64,000 nt of DNA, from NCBI GenBank assembly GCA_902795355.1, contig CADBKZ010000004.1, positions 65,029-129,028 on the forward strand, written 5' to 3'. Of this stretch, positions 9,099-18,965 are shown piece after piece. Each line of letters opens with the position of its first letter. Position 1 is the stretch's first letter. A model generated the notes under the pieces. That model saw only the letters and a program-made list of their open reading frames with translations. It ran no database searches and was not told the origin of the DNA. Both the position numbers and the translations under genes were made by a program. The stretch comes from an uncultured Ruminococcus sp. (GTDB lineage Bacteria; Bacillota; Clostridia; Oscillospirales; CAG-272).

Positions 9099-10300
9099 AA
9101 CGATTTCTCCTTTTTTCGCCCGATGCGCGTCAGCAGGAACAGGGCGACGAGTTCCAGAATCGGGAAGACCAGCGCAAACAGGAATCCGCGCCGCAAATTT
9201 CCCCCGAAAACGTCCGAGATCCAACCCGACGCCGTCGGCCCCGCGAGGCATCCCAGATCCCCCGCCAGCGCGAGAAGGGCGAACATGGATATTCCGCCGG
9301 CGGGAATCCGCTCGGCCGCCAAAGAGAGGGTTGCCGGCCAGAAAATGCCAACCGAAACGCCGCAGAGCATGCAGCCGAGCAGCGCGGCCCAAGCGGGGGC
9401 CGCCAACGCCGCGAGCAGATAGGCCACGATGCAGAGCGAGGCAAAAAACGCCATTTGCGCGGTTATGCGGATTTTTTCCGAGAGCCGACCGCCGAATACG
9501 CGCGTTAACGCCATGGCAAGCGCAAACAGCCCCGGGCCGAGCATGTCGCCCATGGTTTTGGGGATTCCGAGGCCCGATTCGGCAAAGCTCGATGCCCATT
9601 GGCTCATGCATTGTTCGGCCGCGCCGGCGCAGACCATCATCAGCAGGAACAGCAGGAACACGGGCATGGAAAAGAGCTTTTTCGCGGTCATGCCGCTCTC
9701 TTTTACGGTCGGTAACCGGTAAATCGGAACCACGCAGAACGCAACCAAGCCAACCAGCGGGATGATCGCCCAGATCAGGGGCAGATAATGCCAATAGGCG
9801 TCAATATCGAGCAGCAGGAACCAAAGGCCCGAAAGAAAGACCACGGCGGCCTGCCCCCAGCTGTAAAAGGAGTGGAGCATGGTCATGTTGCGGCTTTTCC
9901 CCTCGGTGGGGCAGGCTTCCACCAGCGGGCTGATCATCACTTCAATCAACCCGCCGCCGATCCCCGTGAGCGAAACCGAGATCATCAGAGCAGCAAACGG
10001 GTTCATAAGCCTCGGCAGAACCGAGAGGCAGACCAACCCGAGGAAAGCGCAAAAGTGCGCCAACAGGACTTGTCCGCGCACCGAAAAACGGTCGCCGACG
10101 CGCGAGGCGAGAAAGTCGATCGCGAGCTGAATCGAAAAATTTACGGCAATCAGGCCGCTCAATTGCGAAAGCGTAATTCCGAATTGCCGCTGAAACAGAA
10201 CGAAAAACAGCGGCGCGAGGTTGATGCTGATCGCCTGAACGACATAGCCGTTATAGCAGGCGAGAACGGTGGAACGGTAGGAAAGGGACGAACTGCGCAT
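9095..10300 (-). CDS. MFS transporter
   Basis: About 12 hydrophobic segments and ~400 aa. Start MRSSSLSY with GGAGGT 5 nt upstream. A consensus promoter lies upstream. Confidence 0.8.
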   Translation of the reverse strand: MRSSSLSYRSTVLACYNGYVVQAISINLAPLFFVLFQRQFGITLSQLSGLIAVNFSIQLAIDFLASRVGDRFSVRGQVLLAHFCAFLGLVCLSVLPRLMNPFAALMISVSLTGIGGGLIEVMISPLVEACPTEGKSRNMTMLHSFYSWGQAAVVFLSGLWFLLLDIDAYWHYLPLIWAIIPLVGLVAFCVVPIYRLPTVKESGMTAKKLFSMPVFLLFLLMMVCAGAAEQCMSQWASSFAESGLGIPKTMGDMLGPGLFALAMALTRVFGGRLSEKIRITAQMAFFASLCIVAYLLAALAAPAWAALLGCMLCGVSVGIFWPATLSLAAERIPAGGISMFALLALAGDLGCLAGPTASGWISDVFGGNLRRGFLFALVFPILELVALFLLTRIGRKKEKSL

Positions 10301-10350
10301 GATAACCTCCAAAGAGAAAGCCCGCGGAAAAAGTTTCCGCAAACGATATT

Positions 10351-10379
10351 ATTATATCACGCCGCGCGGCTTTTGTCAA
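10351..10379 (-). promoter_or_regulatory. Consensus sigma-A promoter of the MFS/histidine-phosphatase operon
   Basis: The minus strand reads TTGACA-N17-TATAAT with TGa extended -10. Confidence 0.6.
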
Positions 10380-10472
10380 TCGGTCGGATTCCGGAAAAAG
10401 GGGACTTTCCGAAAAAAATCCCCTTTTTTAAGGCGCAGAGCGCGAATGGCGCGGCGTTGGCTTTCTGAAAGA

Positions 10473-11009
10473 CTATTCGCAGGGCGGGCGTTCGAACAGC
10501 GCGTTGTAACGCTCGGCAATTTCGTTCCACGTTTTGCGGTCCGCCTCGCCGCTGCATTCCAAGCCGGAGCAGCATTCCTGAAAAGCCCGAACGGCTTCCT
10601 CGGTGGCGTCGTCGAACACGCCGTTGATTTCAATCGGAATCCCGTCGCCCGTTTTTTGCTGCAATTCCCGAAGCATGTATTGCAGGGCGGCAACCGAAAA
10701 ATCGCGGCATCCGCGTTTGAGGCAATAGCGGTTCGGGTAAGGCGGGAACAGCGCAACGCGGCAGGGCATGGCGTTTTCGGCAAGGGAGAGCCGGTAAGCC
10801 GCGTAAAGCGCGTCCCATGTCGCGCGGTCGGCAACGCCGCTGACGGGCAGACCGCTTCGCTTTTGAAATTCGCAGAGCGAGCGGCGCGTTTCGTTGCCGA
10901 AGATCCCGTCAATCGGCGGGGGCGTTATTTCGGGGTCGTGGTAGGAGATCTGCCGCAGGTAGGTTTGCAGATTGCGAACGGCGGCGGATAAAGTTTGCGG
11001 TTGCTGCAT
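10473..11009 (-). CDS. Peptidoglycan-binding (PG_binding_1 x2) protein
   Basis: Two repeats of the type LQxYLxxI...DGIFGxxTxxAvxxFQ...GxADxxTW. RBS GAAAGGAGATTTT. It is the last gene of the sleC-like operon. Confidence 0.7.
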   Translation of the reverse strand: MQQPQTLSAAVRNLQTYLRQISYHDPEITPPPIDGIFGNETRRSLCEFQKRSGLPVSGVADRATWDALYAAYRLSLAENAMPCRVALFPPYPNRYCLKRGCRDFSVAALQYMLRELQQKTGDGIPIEINGVFDDATEEAVRAFQECCSGLECSGEADRKTWNEIAERYNALFERPPCE

Positions 11010-11024
11010 GGAAAATCTCCTTTC

Positions 11025-12419
11025 TTACGCGCCCACTTCATACCCGGGGTATTGGCCGTCCCGCAGGCGATTTCCGAAATAGAGGGCGTCGTAAAGCGAG
11101 GTCAGGGCGGTCCATGTTGCGGCTTCGGCAACGCCGGTTTGCGTCAGCCCTTCCAATCGCTGAAAAGCGAGGATCGCCTGCTGGGTCTGCGTTCCGAAAT
11201 AGCCGGTGGGCGTAACGGACGGAATTTCCGGATAATAGGCGGAAACATAATTCAGGTATTCCTGCAAGGTGCGCACCGATTCGGATTCGCTCCCGAGCCG
11301 CAGGGGAACGCCGCCGTAGGGAACCGTTTCCCCCTCGGTATATGTGGACGGAATGGTTCTCGCAATGCCGAGGTAAGCGTTGTAAATGCGGTACCATGTG
11401 GCGGGGCCGACGATCCCGTCCACGGGAAGCCCGAACGTTCGCTGCACCTCTTCCACGGCGCTGCGGGTCAGGGGACCGAACACGCCGTCCGGCCGGAGCG
11501 ACGGAATGGTGTTGTAGTAGTTGGAAAGATAGTCGATATAGTATTGCAGGTTGTAAACTTCCACCCCTGTGGAGCCCTCGGCGAGCGCGCTCGGCAATTC
11601 CTGCGCAATTTCTTCCAGCCGGATCCCCTCGGAAGAAAGATCGGAGAGCCGCTTAACGCTGGTATAAAGGCTCTGAATGGCATACCATGTGGCTTTTCCG
11701 ACAATTCCGTCCGCCGTAAGACCGAACACTTCCTGAAAGCGTTTCACGGCGGCTTCGGTGTCGGTGCTGAAAATGCCGTCGGTCAGCGCGATCTTCGGAA
11801 TGGACGGAAAGTTGTTGGAAATGCGGTTGAGCCGCAGTTGAACGGTGCGAACGTTGTTGCCGAAGCTCCCGAGGCTCAAAGGAAACGGCGGCGCGCTTTC
11901 GGCGGGGCTTGCAATGGGGGTATTTTCCATCAGAACAATGTTGTCCCCATAGTAATAGCGAAGAATATCAAAGGGGGAATACCCGCTGTTCGCCAGCGAA
12001 ACGCTGCCCCATTGGGAAAGGCCGTTGCAGGTTACTTCAATTCCGTCGCAGAACTGCGCAAAGAGCGGCTCCACGCTGTTTTCGCGGCGGATATACGTGG
12101 TAAACAGATCGCCGACCAATTGGCGGACGTTCTCGAAAATACCGCGGCCGCTGACGTATGCCTGATCGTAGGCGGTGGAGTTGGTAATGTCAAAATCGTA
12201 GCCGCGGGAGCGGTAATATTCGGTGTAAACACGGTTCAGCGCAAAGGAGACCTGCGCGATGATGTTGGCGCGCAGGGCGTTTTCGGGCCATGTGGGGTAC
12301 AGCTCGCTGGAAGCCACGTTCGCAATGTAATGAATGAAAGGAACCGTAACGTTCTCGGCGGGGGCGGAAGGCGGGCCGAGATGAACGGTGATGTTTTCGG
12401 GAATGGTTGGGAGCGCCAT
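11025..12419 (-). CDS. sleC: SleC-type spore cortex-lytic enzyme: catalytic domain plus three PG-binding repeats, lacking an N-terminal propeptide
   Basis: ITVHLGPPSAPAENVTVPFIHYIANVASSELYPTWPENALRANIIAQVSFALNRVYTEYYRSRGYDFDITNSTAYDQAY matches my memory of the clostridial SleC catalytic core. Three PG_binding_1-like repeats follow. Confidence 0.75.
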   Translation of the reverse strand: MALPTIPENITVHLGPPSAPAENVTVPFIHYIANVASSELYPTWPENALRANIIAQVSFALNRVYTEYYRSRGYDFDITNSTAYDQAYVSGRGIFENVRQLVGDLFTTYIRRENSVEPLFAQFCDGIEVTCNGLSQWGSVSLANSGYSPFDILRYYYGDNIVLMENTPIASPAESAPPFPLSLGSFGNNVRTVQLRLNRISNNFPSIPKIALTDGIFSTDTEAAVKRFQEVFGLTADGIVGKATWYAIQSLYTSVKRLSDLSSEGIRLEEIAQELPSALAEGSTGVEVYNLQYYIDYLSNYYNTIPSLRPDGVFGPLTRSAVEEVQRTFGLPVDGIVGPATWYRIYNAYLGIARTIPSTYTEGETVPYGGVPLRLGSESESVRTLQEYLNYVSAYYPEIPSVTPTGYFGTQTQQAILAFQRLEGLTQTGVAEAATWTALTSLYDALYFGNRLRDGQYPGYEVGA

Positions 12420-12423
12420 GCCG

Positions 12424-12870
12424 TCAGAATCCCCCTTCGTTGATCTCGTCGGTCTCGGTGTCAAAATAGCGGGTTTCGGGCGCGGGCAGGCCGCTTCCGT
12501 TCTCGGGGAGCGGAATCAGGACCACGGGTTGGATCACGGTGATCCCCTCGTAAACGGGAATGCCGACGTGAACCTGATCGTAGTAGCCCTCGTGGCGGAC
12601 TTCCGCTTGGTAGAGCGCATAGGGGCGGCCGGAATCGGGGCTGCCCGCATTGGAACAGGGCGGGGACGGCAGGCGGATGGTGGGGGTGTTCCCGTCGCTG
12701 TTCGTCGTCAGCGTAACAATCAGCGTTCCCTTGGTTTCGGGCGGCGGATCCACGGGATCATAGGTCAGAATATCCACTTGCGCGTTTTCCAGCGGGATCG
12801 CGCCGCGGGCGGTTGTTACCTGCACCACCAGAAAACCGTAGCAGGAGTCGGTTGCGGGCTCGTTGTTCAT
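12424..12870 (-). CDS. SleC pro-domain-like protein (carboxypeptidase-regulatory-like beta-sandwich), separate ORF
   Basis: GFLVVQVTTARGAIPLENAQVDIL ... SDGNTPTIRLPSPP ... RPYALYQAEVRHEGYYDQVHVGIPVYEG resembles the N-terminal pre/pro region of SleC zymogens. RBS GAAAGGAGATTTC. Its stop lies 4 nt before the sleC-like ATG. Confidence 0.55.
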   Translation of the reverse strand: MNNEPATDSCYGFLVVQVTTARGAIPLENAQVDILTYDPVDPPPETKGTLIVTLTTNSDGNTPTIRLPSPPCSNAGSPDSGRPYALYQAEVRHEGYYDQVHVGIPVYEGITVIQPVVLIPLPENGSGLPAPETRYFDTETDEINEGGF

Positions 12871-12962
12871 CGGGAAATCTCCTTTCGGAATATCGCTGCT
12901 ACCATCCTATGCGGAAAGCCGGAAAACGGTGCAAAAAATCTGTCTTTTTTTCGCGGGCGGTG

Positions 12963-12991
12963 TTGACTTCCGCGCGCATTTGTGTTATAAT
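12963..12991 (+). promoter_or_regulatory. Sigma-A-type promoter of uvrB
   Basis: TTGACT-N17-TATAAT with TGt extended -10. Confidence 0.6.
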
Positions 12992-13107
12992 AACATCGTA
13001 TGCCGCCGTTTTTCTGTTTTTGGCAGAAAAACAGCTTTTCAAAAGCGCAAAACCGCTTCAAAACCTGCAAAAATAACCGATTTTGGAACCGGAAAGGAGA
13101 ACGACCG

Positions 13108-15096
13108 ATGGATGCGTTCCGCCTCAAAAGCGAATATACGCCAACCGGCGACCAACCGTCCGCAATCGCCGCGCTCTGCCGCGGCTTGCGCGAGGGGGAG
13201 CGGATGCAAACGCTCCTCGGCGTTACCGGCTCGGGCAAAACCTTTACCATGGCGAACGTAATCGCCGAAATGAACCGCCCCACCATCATTCTGGAACCGA
13301 ACAAAACCTTGGCGGCGCAGGTCTGCTCCGAAATGCGGGAGTTTTTCCCCGAGAACGCGGTGGAGTTTTTCGTATCCTACTATGATTACTACCAGCCCGA
13401 GGCCTATATCCCCGGGAAGGATATGTATATTGAAAAGGACGCTTTGGTGAACGACGAGATCGACCGCCTGCGCCATAGCGCAACCAGCGCGCTGTTCGAG
13501 CGGCGGGATGTGATCATTGTGGCGTCGGTCTCCTGCATTTATTCGCTCGGCGACCCCTCGGAATACAGCGGGCTTGTGGTTGCCGTTCGGACAGGGATGC
13601 AGATGAGCCGCGATATTTTCATTCGCAAGCTGGTGGCCAACAGCTATAACCGCAACGATTTTTCGTTGGCGCGTGATTGCTTCCGCGTCAACGGCGACAC
13701 GGTGGAAGTAATCCCGTCCAACATGAGCGAAAGCGCCATTCGCGTGGAGTTCTTCGGCGACGAGATCGACCGCATCACGGAGATCAATATCGTTACGGGA
13801 GAGGTCAAACGTCTGCTTTCCTACGCGGCCATTTACCCCGCGACGCACTATGCCGTTTCGGATGAAAAACGAGAGGCCGCCCTTGCCGAAATCGAGCGGG
13901 AAATGGAAGAACGGGTGCGTTTTTTCGAGTCCGAAAACAAGCTGATTGAAGCGCAGCGCATTCGGGAGCGCGTGAAGTACGACTTGGAAATGCTCCGCGA
14001 GATCGGCTTTTGCTCCGGCGTGGAAAACTATTCGCGCGTGTTGGCCGGCCGACCCGCGGGGTCAACGCCGTTTACCCTGCTCGATTATTTTCCGGACGAT
14101 TACCTGATGTTTATCGACGAATCGCACGTCACCGTTCCGCAGGTGCGCGGCATGAGCGGGGGCGATACGGCGAGAAAGAAAAACCTGATCGACTACGGCT
14201 TCCGTCTCCCCTCGGCCTACGATAACCGCCCGCTCTATTTCAAGGAGTTTGAGCAGAGCATTCACCAAGCGGTGTTCGTCAGCGCCACCCCCGGGGACTA
14301 TGAGGAAGCGCACGCCGAACAGGTGGTGGAGCAGATCATTCGCCCAACGGGCTTGCCGGACCCCGAAATTGAGGTGCGGCCGATTGAAGGGCAGGTGGAC
14401 GACCTGCTCGGGGAGATCCGCGTTCGGGCAAAGAAGGGCGAGCGCGTGCTTGTTACCACGCTGACCAAGAAAATGGCCGAGGAATTGACCGATTATCTGG
14501 AAAACAACGGCGTGAAAGTGCGGTATATCCACTACAATGTGGAAACCATCGAGCGCATGGAGATCATCCGCGATCTGCGGCTCGGCGTGTTCGACGTTCT
14601 GGTCGGCATCAATCTGCTGCGCGAGGGGTTGGATATTCCCGAGGTTTCGCTGGTCGCCATTCTCGACGCGGATAAAGAGGGCTTCCTGCGCGCGGAACGG
14701 TCGCTGATCCAAACGGTCGGCCGCGCGGCGCGGAACGCCGAGGGCAAGGTGATTATGTATGCCGACACAATAACGGGTTCCATGCGCGGCGCCATTCTGG
14801 AAACCAACCGCCGCCGGAGCATTCAGCTGGAATATAACCGCGCGCACGGGATCGTTCCGAAAACGGTTATCAAGGGCGTGCGCGACGTTATTGAGATCGG
14901 AAGTCGGGAAGATCATAAATCCCGCAAGGGAGAGAAGGGCGGCGTCAACCGCAAGCTGAACGCGAGCGAGCGCGAAAAGCTGATCGAAACGCTGACGCGC
15001 GAGATGAAAACCGCCGCTTCCAAGCTCGAGTTCGAGCAGGCCGCGTACCTGCGCGACCGCATTAAAAAGATTCGGGAAGGCAAGGTTGACCATTGA
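13108..15096 (+). CDS. uvrB: Excinuclease ABC subunit B
   Basis: [26 protein letters not shown] and helicase motifs. C-terminal UVR motif [13 protein letters not shown]. Confidence 0.97.
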   Translation: MDAFRLKSEYTPTGDQPSAIAALCRGLREGERMQTLLGVTGSGKTFTMANVIAEMNRPTIILEPNKTLAAQVCSEMREFFPENAVEFFVSYYDYYQPEAYIPGKDMYIEKDALVNDEIDRLRHSATSALFERRDVIIVASVSCIYSLGDPSEYSGLVVAVRTGMQMSRDIFIRKLVANSYNRNDFSLARDCFRVNGDTVEVIPSNMSESAIRVEFFGDEIDRITEINIVTGEVKRLLSYAAIYPATHYAVSDEKREAALAEIEREMEERVRFFESENKLIEAQRIRERVKYDLEMLREIGFCSGVENYSRVLAGRPAGSTPFTLLDYFPDDYLMFIDESHVTVPQVRGMSGGDTARKKNLIDYGFRLPSAYDNRPLYFKEFEQSIHQAVFVSATPGDYEEAHAEQVVEQIIRPTGLPDPEIEVRPIEGQVDDLLGEIRVRAKKGERVLVTTLTKKMAEELTDYLENNGVKVRYIHYNVETIERMEIIRDLRLGVFDVLVGINLLREGLDIPEVSLVAILDADKEGFLRAERSLIQTVGRAARNAEGKVIMYADTITGSMRGAILETNRRRSIQLEYNRAHGIVPKTVIKGVRDVIEIGSREDHKSRKGEKGGVNRKLNASEREKLIETLTREMKTAASKLEFEQAAYLRDRIKKIREGKVDH

Positions 15097-15137
15097 CCGA
15101 GGCCGAACCCCTTTGATTCAGATTCAGGAGTAACAAA

Positions 15138-18005
15138 ATGCCAAAGAAAATTCAGATCCGCGGCGCGCGGGTCCATAACCTCAAAAACATCAATGTTGAC
15201 ATTCCACGCGATCAATTGGTCGTTTTAACCGGCCTTTCGGGTTCGGGGAAATCGTCGCTCGCGTTCGACACGATCTATGCCGAAGGACACCGGCGTTTTG
15301 TCGAGTCGCTCTCGTCCTATGCCAGAATGTTCCTCGGGCAGTTGGATAAACCCGATCTCGATTCCATCGAGGGCCTTTCGCCCGCCATCGCCATCGACCA
15401 AAAGACCACGTCCAAAAACCCGCGTTCCACCGTTGGAACGGTCACGGAAATTTATGATTATCTCCGCCTGCTCTACGCGCGCATCGGGATTCCGCATTGC
15501 CCCGTTTGCGGCAAGGAGATCCGCCAGCAGACCACCGACCAGATCATTGACCGCATCCTGACGCTTCCCGAAGGCACGCGCTTTCTGATTCTCGCCCCCG
15601 TGGTCCGCGCGCAGAAGGGTATGCACGAAAAAATCTTTGCCGACGCGAAGAAGCGCGGGTATGTCCGCGTGCGCGTAGACGGCAACATGTACGATTTATC
15701 CGAGCAGATCTCGCTCGATAAAAACAAGAAACACAACATTGAAATCGTTGTGGACCGCCTTGTGATCCGCGAGGGGATCGAGGCGCGCCTTTCGGATTCG
15801 GTGGAAAACGCGCTTGCCGTTGCGGACGGGCATCTGATCGTTCAAACCGCCCCGCGCGAGGGCGAGGGGGACGCGCAGGAGCTGGAATTTTCGCAGTCCT
15901 ACGCCTGCGAGGAACACGGCATTTCGTTCGGCGAGCTGGAACCCCGCATGTTTTCGTTCAACAATCCCGTCGGGGCCTGCCCGCATTGCGCGGGGCTGGG
16001 GGAAATGCAGCGGGTCGCCGTCAATCGCCTGATCCCCAATAAAAAGCTCTCCCTGCGCGGGGGTGCCATCGCCGTCAACGGCTTTAAGACTTTGGAAGAA
16101 GAAAGCTGGAACGGCCCGCTGTTCGCCGCTGTGGGCGAGCGGTTCGGGTTTACCATGGATACGCCCGTCGAGCAGTTCACGCCCGAGCAGTACCACCTGC
16201 TGATGTACGGAACAGGCGACGAAATTTACGATATTCACCGCTGGTTCGGCAGGGAAGAACACCACCAGAAAACCAAGTTCGACGGCCTCGTTGCCATGAT
16301 CGAAAATCGCGCGCAAACATGGGGCAACGAGTATTACGACCAATTCATTGAAGCCGCGCCTTGCCCCGAATGCGGCGGCCGACGCCTTTCTCCCACCATG
16401 CTGGCCGTTACCGTCGGGGGGCTGAACATTCATGAATTTTGCTCGCTCTCGGTGGAAAAAGCATTGGATTTCGTGAACCGTATGGAGCTGAACGACACCG
16501 AGGCGAAGATTGCGGCCGAAATTCTGAAAGAGATTCGCTCGCGGCTCGGTTTTTTGGTCAGCGTGGGTCTCGGCTATCTTTCGCTTGCCAACAAATCGGG
16601 AACGCTTTCGGGCGGCGAGGCGCAGCGCATCCGCTTGGCCACGCAAATCGGCTCCTCGCTTGTCGGCGTGCTGTATATCCTCGATGAACCGAGCATCGGC
16701 CTGCACCAGCGCGATAACTCCAAGTTGATCGCAACCCTGAAACGCCTGCGCGACCTCGGCAACACCGTTATTGTGGTGGAACACGACGAGGAGACGATGG
16801 AGAACGCCGACTACCTGATTGACATCGGCCCCGGGGCGGGGATCCACGGCGGCGAGGTTGTCTCGTCCGGCACCCCCGCCGAGGTGATGGCGGACCGACA
16901 TTCGATTACGGGCGATTACCTTTCCGGCCGTCGCCGCATCCCCGTCCCCGCGGAACGTCGGGCGGGGAACGGCGCGTATCTGCGCGTCCGCGGCGCGGCG
17001 CAAAACAACCTGAAAAAGCTGAATGTGGATATTCCGCTCGGGTGTTTCGTGTGCGTAACGGGCGTTTCCGGCTCGGGAAAATCCTCGCTGGTCAACGACA
17101 TTCTGTATCCCGTTCTGGCCGAGCAGCTCAACCGCGCCGTTACCTACGCGGGCGCATACGATGAAATTACGGGCGTGGAAAACCTCGATAAGGTGATCTG
17201 CATCGATCAAAGCCCCATCGGCCGAAACCCGCGCTCCAATCCCGCCACTTATACGGGGTTGTTCAACGACATTCGCGACCTGTTTGCGCAAACCAAGGAC
17301 GCCAAGGCCAAAGGATTTACGGCGGGGCGGTTCTCGTTCAACGTCAAAGGCGGCCGGTGCGAGGCCTGCGAGGGCGACGGCGTAAAAAAGATCGAAATGC
17401 ACTTTTTGCCCGACGTGTACGTCACTTGCGACGTTTGCAAGGGCAAACGCTACAACCGCGATACGCTCGACGTGCATTATAAGGGGAAGAATATTTCCGA
17501 TGTGCTGGAAATGACCGTGGAAGAGGGTGTGAGCTTTTTCGACGGCCTGCCCGCCATCCAGCGCAAGCTCCAAACGCTTTACGACGTTGGGCTGGGCTAT
17601 GTAAAAATCGGGCAACCTGCCACCACGCTCTCGGGCGGCGAGGCGCAGCGCGTGAAACTCGCAACCGAGCTTGCAAGGCGCGGAACGGGCAAAACCATTT
17701 ATATCCTCGATGAACCCACCACGGGGCTGCACACGGCCGATGTGGAAAAACTGCTCGAAGTGTTGCAGCGGCTTTGCGACGGCGGCAATACGGTGTTGGT
17801 AATCGAGCATAACCTTGACGTAATCAAATCCGCCGATTGGATTATCGATCTCGGCCCCGAGGGCGGCGAGGGCGGCGGAACGCTGATTGCCGAGGGAACG
17901 CCCGAAGAGGTTGCGGCCGTGGAACGTTCCTACACGGGTCAGTATCTCAAAAAATGGCTGGCGCGCGCAAAAGCGGCACCGGTTCCGGCAACGGATCGGA
18001 GCTGA
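15138..18005 (+). CDS. uvrA: Excinuclease ABC subunit A
   Basis: Two ABC modules (GLSGSGKSSLAFDT, GVSGSGKSSLV; LSGGEAQR x2). Zinc fingers CPVCG, CPECGG and CEACEGDG. Confidence 0.97.
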   Translation: MPKKIQIRGARVHNLKNINVDIPRDQLVVLTGLSGSGKSSLAFDTIYAEGHRRFVESLSSYARMFLGQLDKPDLDSIEGLSPAIAIDQKTTSKNPRSTVGTVTEIYDYLRLLYARIGIPHCPVCGKEIRQQTTDQIIDRILTLPEGTRFLILAPVVRAQKGMHEKIFADAKKRGYVRVRVDGNMYDLSEQISLDKNKKHNIEIVVDRLVIREGIEARLSDSVENALAVADGHLIVQTAPREGEGDAQELEFSQSYACEEHGISFGELEPRMFSFNNPVGACPHCAGLGEMQRVAVNRLIPNKKLSLRGGAIAVNGFKTLEEESWNGPLFAAVGERFGFTMDTPVEQFTPEQYHLLMYGTGDEIYDIHRWFGREEHHQKTKFDGLVAMIENRAQTWGNEYYDQFIEAAPCPECGGRRLSPTMLAVTVGGLNIHEFCSLSVEKALDFVNRMELNDTEAKIAAEILKEIRSRLGFLVSVGLGYLSLANKSGTLSGGEAQRIRLATQIGSSLVGVLYILDEPSIGLHQRDNSKLIATLKRLRDLGNTVIVVEHDEETMENADYLIDIGPGAGIHGGEVVSSGTPAEVMADRHSITGDYLSGRRRIPVPAERRAGNGAYLRVRGAAQNNLKKLNVDIPLGCFVCVTGVSGSGKSSLVNDILYPVLAEQLNRAVTYAGAYDEITGVENLDKVICIDQSPIGRNPRSNPATYTGLFNDIRDLFAQTKDAKAKGFTAGRFSFNVKGGRCEACEGDGVKKIEMHFLPDVYVTCDVCKGKRYNRDTLDVHYKGKNISDVLEMTVEEGVSFFDGLPAIQRKLQTLYDVGLGYVKIGQPATTLSGGEAQRVKLATELARRGTGKTIYILDEPTTGLHTADVEKLLEVLQRLCDGGNTVLVIEHNLDVIKSADWIIDLGPEGGEGGGTLIAEGTPEEVAAVERSYTGQYLKKWLARAKAAPVPATDRS

Positions 18006-18039
18006 AAACGCAATAACGGTATAGAAAAACAATAAAAAA

Positions 18040-18074
18040 GAGCGGCGCGACCCCGCAGGGGGCCGCGCCGCTCT
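18040..18074. terminator. Bidirectional terminator between uvrA and the AraC gene
   Basis: A-run, GAGCGGCGCGACC ... GGCCGCGCCGCTC, then T-run. Confidence 0.65.
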
Positions 18075-18077
18075 TTT

Positions 18078-18965
18078 TTATACGCGATTCTTCCGGATGA
18101 ACTCGGAAGGCGTCATGCCGTATTTTTGCTTGAACGCTTTCACAAACGAGGAATATCCCGAATATCCCGCGCGGGTCGCCACCTCGCCAATGGGGAGCTG
18201 GGTGGAAAGCAGACAGTTTTCCGCGTAGCCGAGTTTCGTGTTCTGAATGTAGTCGCGCAGCGTCATTCCCGTAACCTTGCGAAACACGTTTGCCGTCAGA
18301 TATTTGCGGCTGTACGCAAACTGTTTTGCAACCTTTTCCACGGTCACGTCCGGCAAATGGCGGTTGATATAAGTTTGAATTTCGGCAACCAGCGGCGCGC
18401 GCGGATCCTCTTGTTCTTCTGCGTGTTCTTCAATCAGAAGGTCCGAGGCCAGAATGTCCGAAAAGCATTTGGCAATCTTTTCCATTTTTGCCGCGCGATG
18501 TTCGGTATAAATCATATACCGAAACAGGTTTTTCAGCTCGGCGGCGTTTTTCAGGTGGTAAACGCGGTTGGTCTCCAAATTGAATTTGTTTTGCATTTCT
18601 ATGGCGGCGTCGCCCTTCCAAACGCACCAATAAAGCTCCCAAGGGTCGTTTGCGTCGGCTTGGGTGTCTTTACGCGCTTGGGGGTGGATTGCGAACATTT
18701 CGTTCTCTCCGAAGGGCAAATCGTTGTAGGTGCCCTTGCCCGAAACAATGAAGTGGAGATAAAACCCCCGCGCCTTGGTTTTCAGCGTGTAGTTCGGAAC
18801 CGAGCGTTCGTGGCCGCAAACAAACACGCCGTTGGAAAGGGTAACATGAATGTATTCGCTGAAATACGGAGTGGTGGGCAGGGGGAAGGGATGCGCGGAA
18901 AAATGCTTGATCGGATCGAGCTCGGGCTGCACGGAGCTTGTTCTCACATAACGAATGTCGGCCAT
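18078..18965 (-). CDS. AraC-family transcriptional regulator (cupin N-domain)
   Basis: C-terminal dual HTH (TLRDYIQNTKLGYAENCLLSTQLPIGEVATRAGYSGYSSFVKAFKQKYGMTPSEF). ATG at 18965 chosen (MADIRYV). Confidence 0.85.
   Translation of the reverse strand: MADIRYVRTSSVQPELDPIKHFSAHPFPLPTTPYFSEYIHVTLSNGVFVCGHERSVPNYTLKTKARGFYLHFIVSGKGTYNDLPFGENEMFAIHPQARKDTQADANDPWELYWCVWKGDAAIEMQNKFNLETNRVYHLKNAAELKNLFRYMIYTEHRAAKMEKIAKCFSDILASDLLIEEHAEEQEDPRAPLVAEIQTYINRHLPDVTVEKVAKQFAYSRKYLTANVFRKVTGMTLRDYIQNTKLGYAENCLLSTQLPIGEVATRAGYSGYSSFVKAFKQKYGMTPSEFIRKNRV

Noticed and set aside
8454-9794. 446-aa version of the histidine phosphatase ORF extending upstream.
   Set aside because: The extension overlaps the 3' end of the MFS gene and translates to Arg/Gly/Pro-rich junk. 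The conserved domain starts at MKTTLIFVRHG (ATG at 9098), which forms an ATGA overlap with the MFS stop.
10473-11009. Calling the 178-aa PG-binding protein a second cortex hydrolase.
   Set aside because: Only two PG_binding_1-like repeats are visible and no catalytic domain, so the call stays generic.
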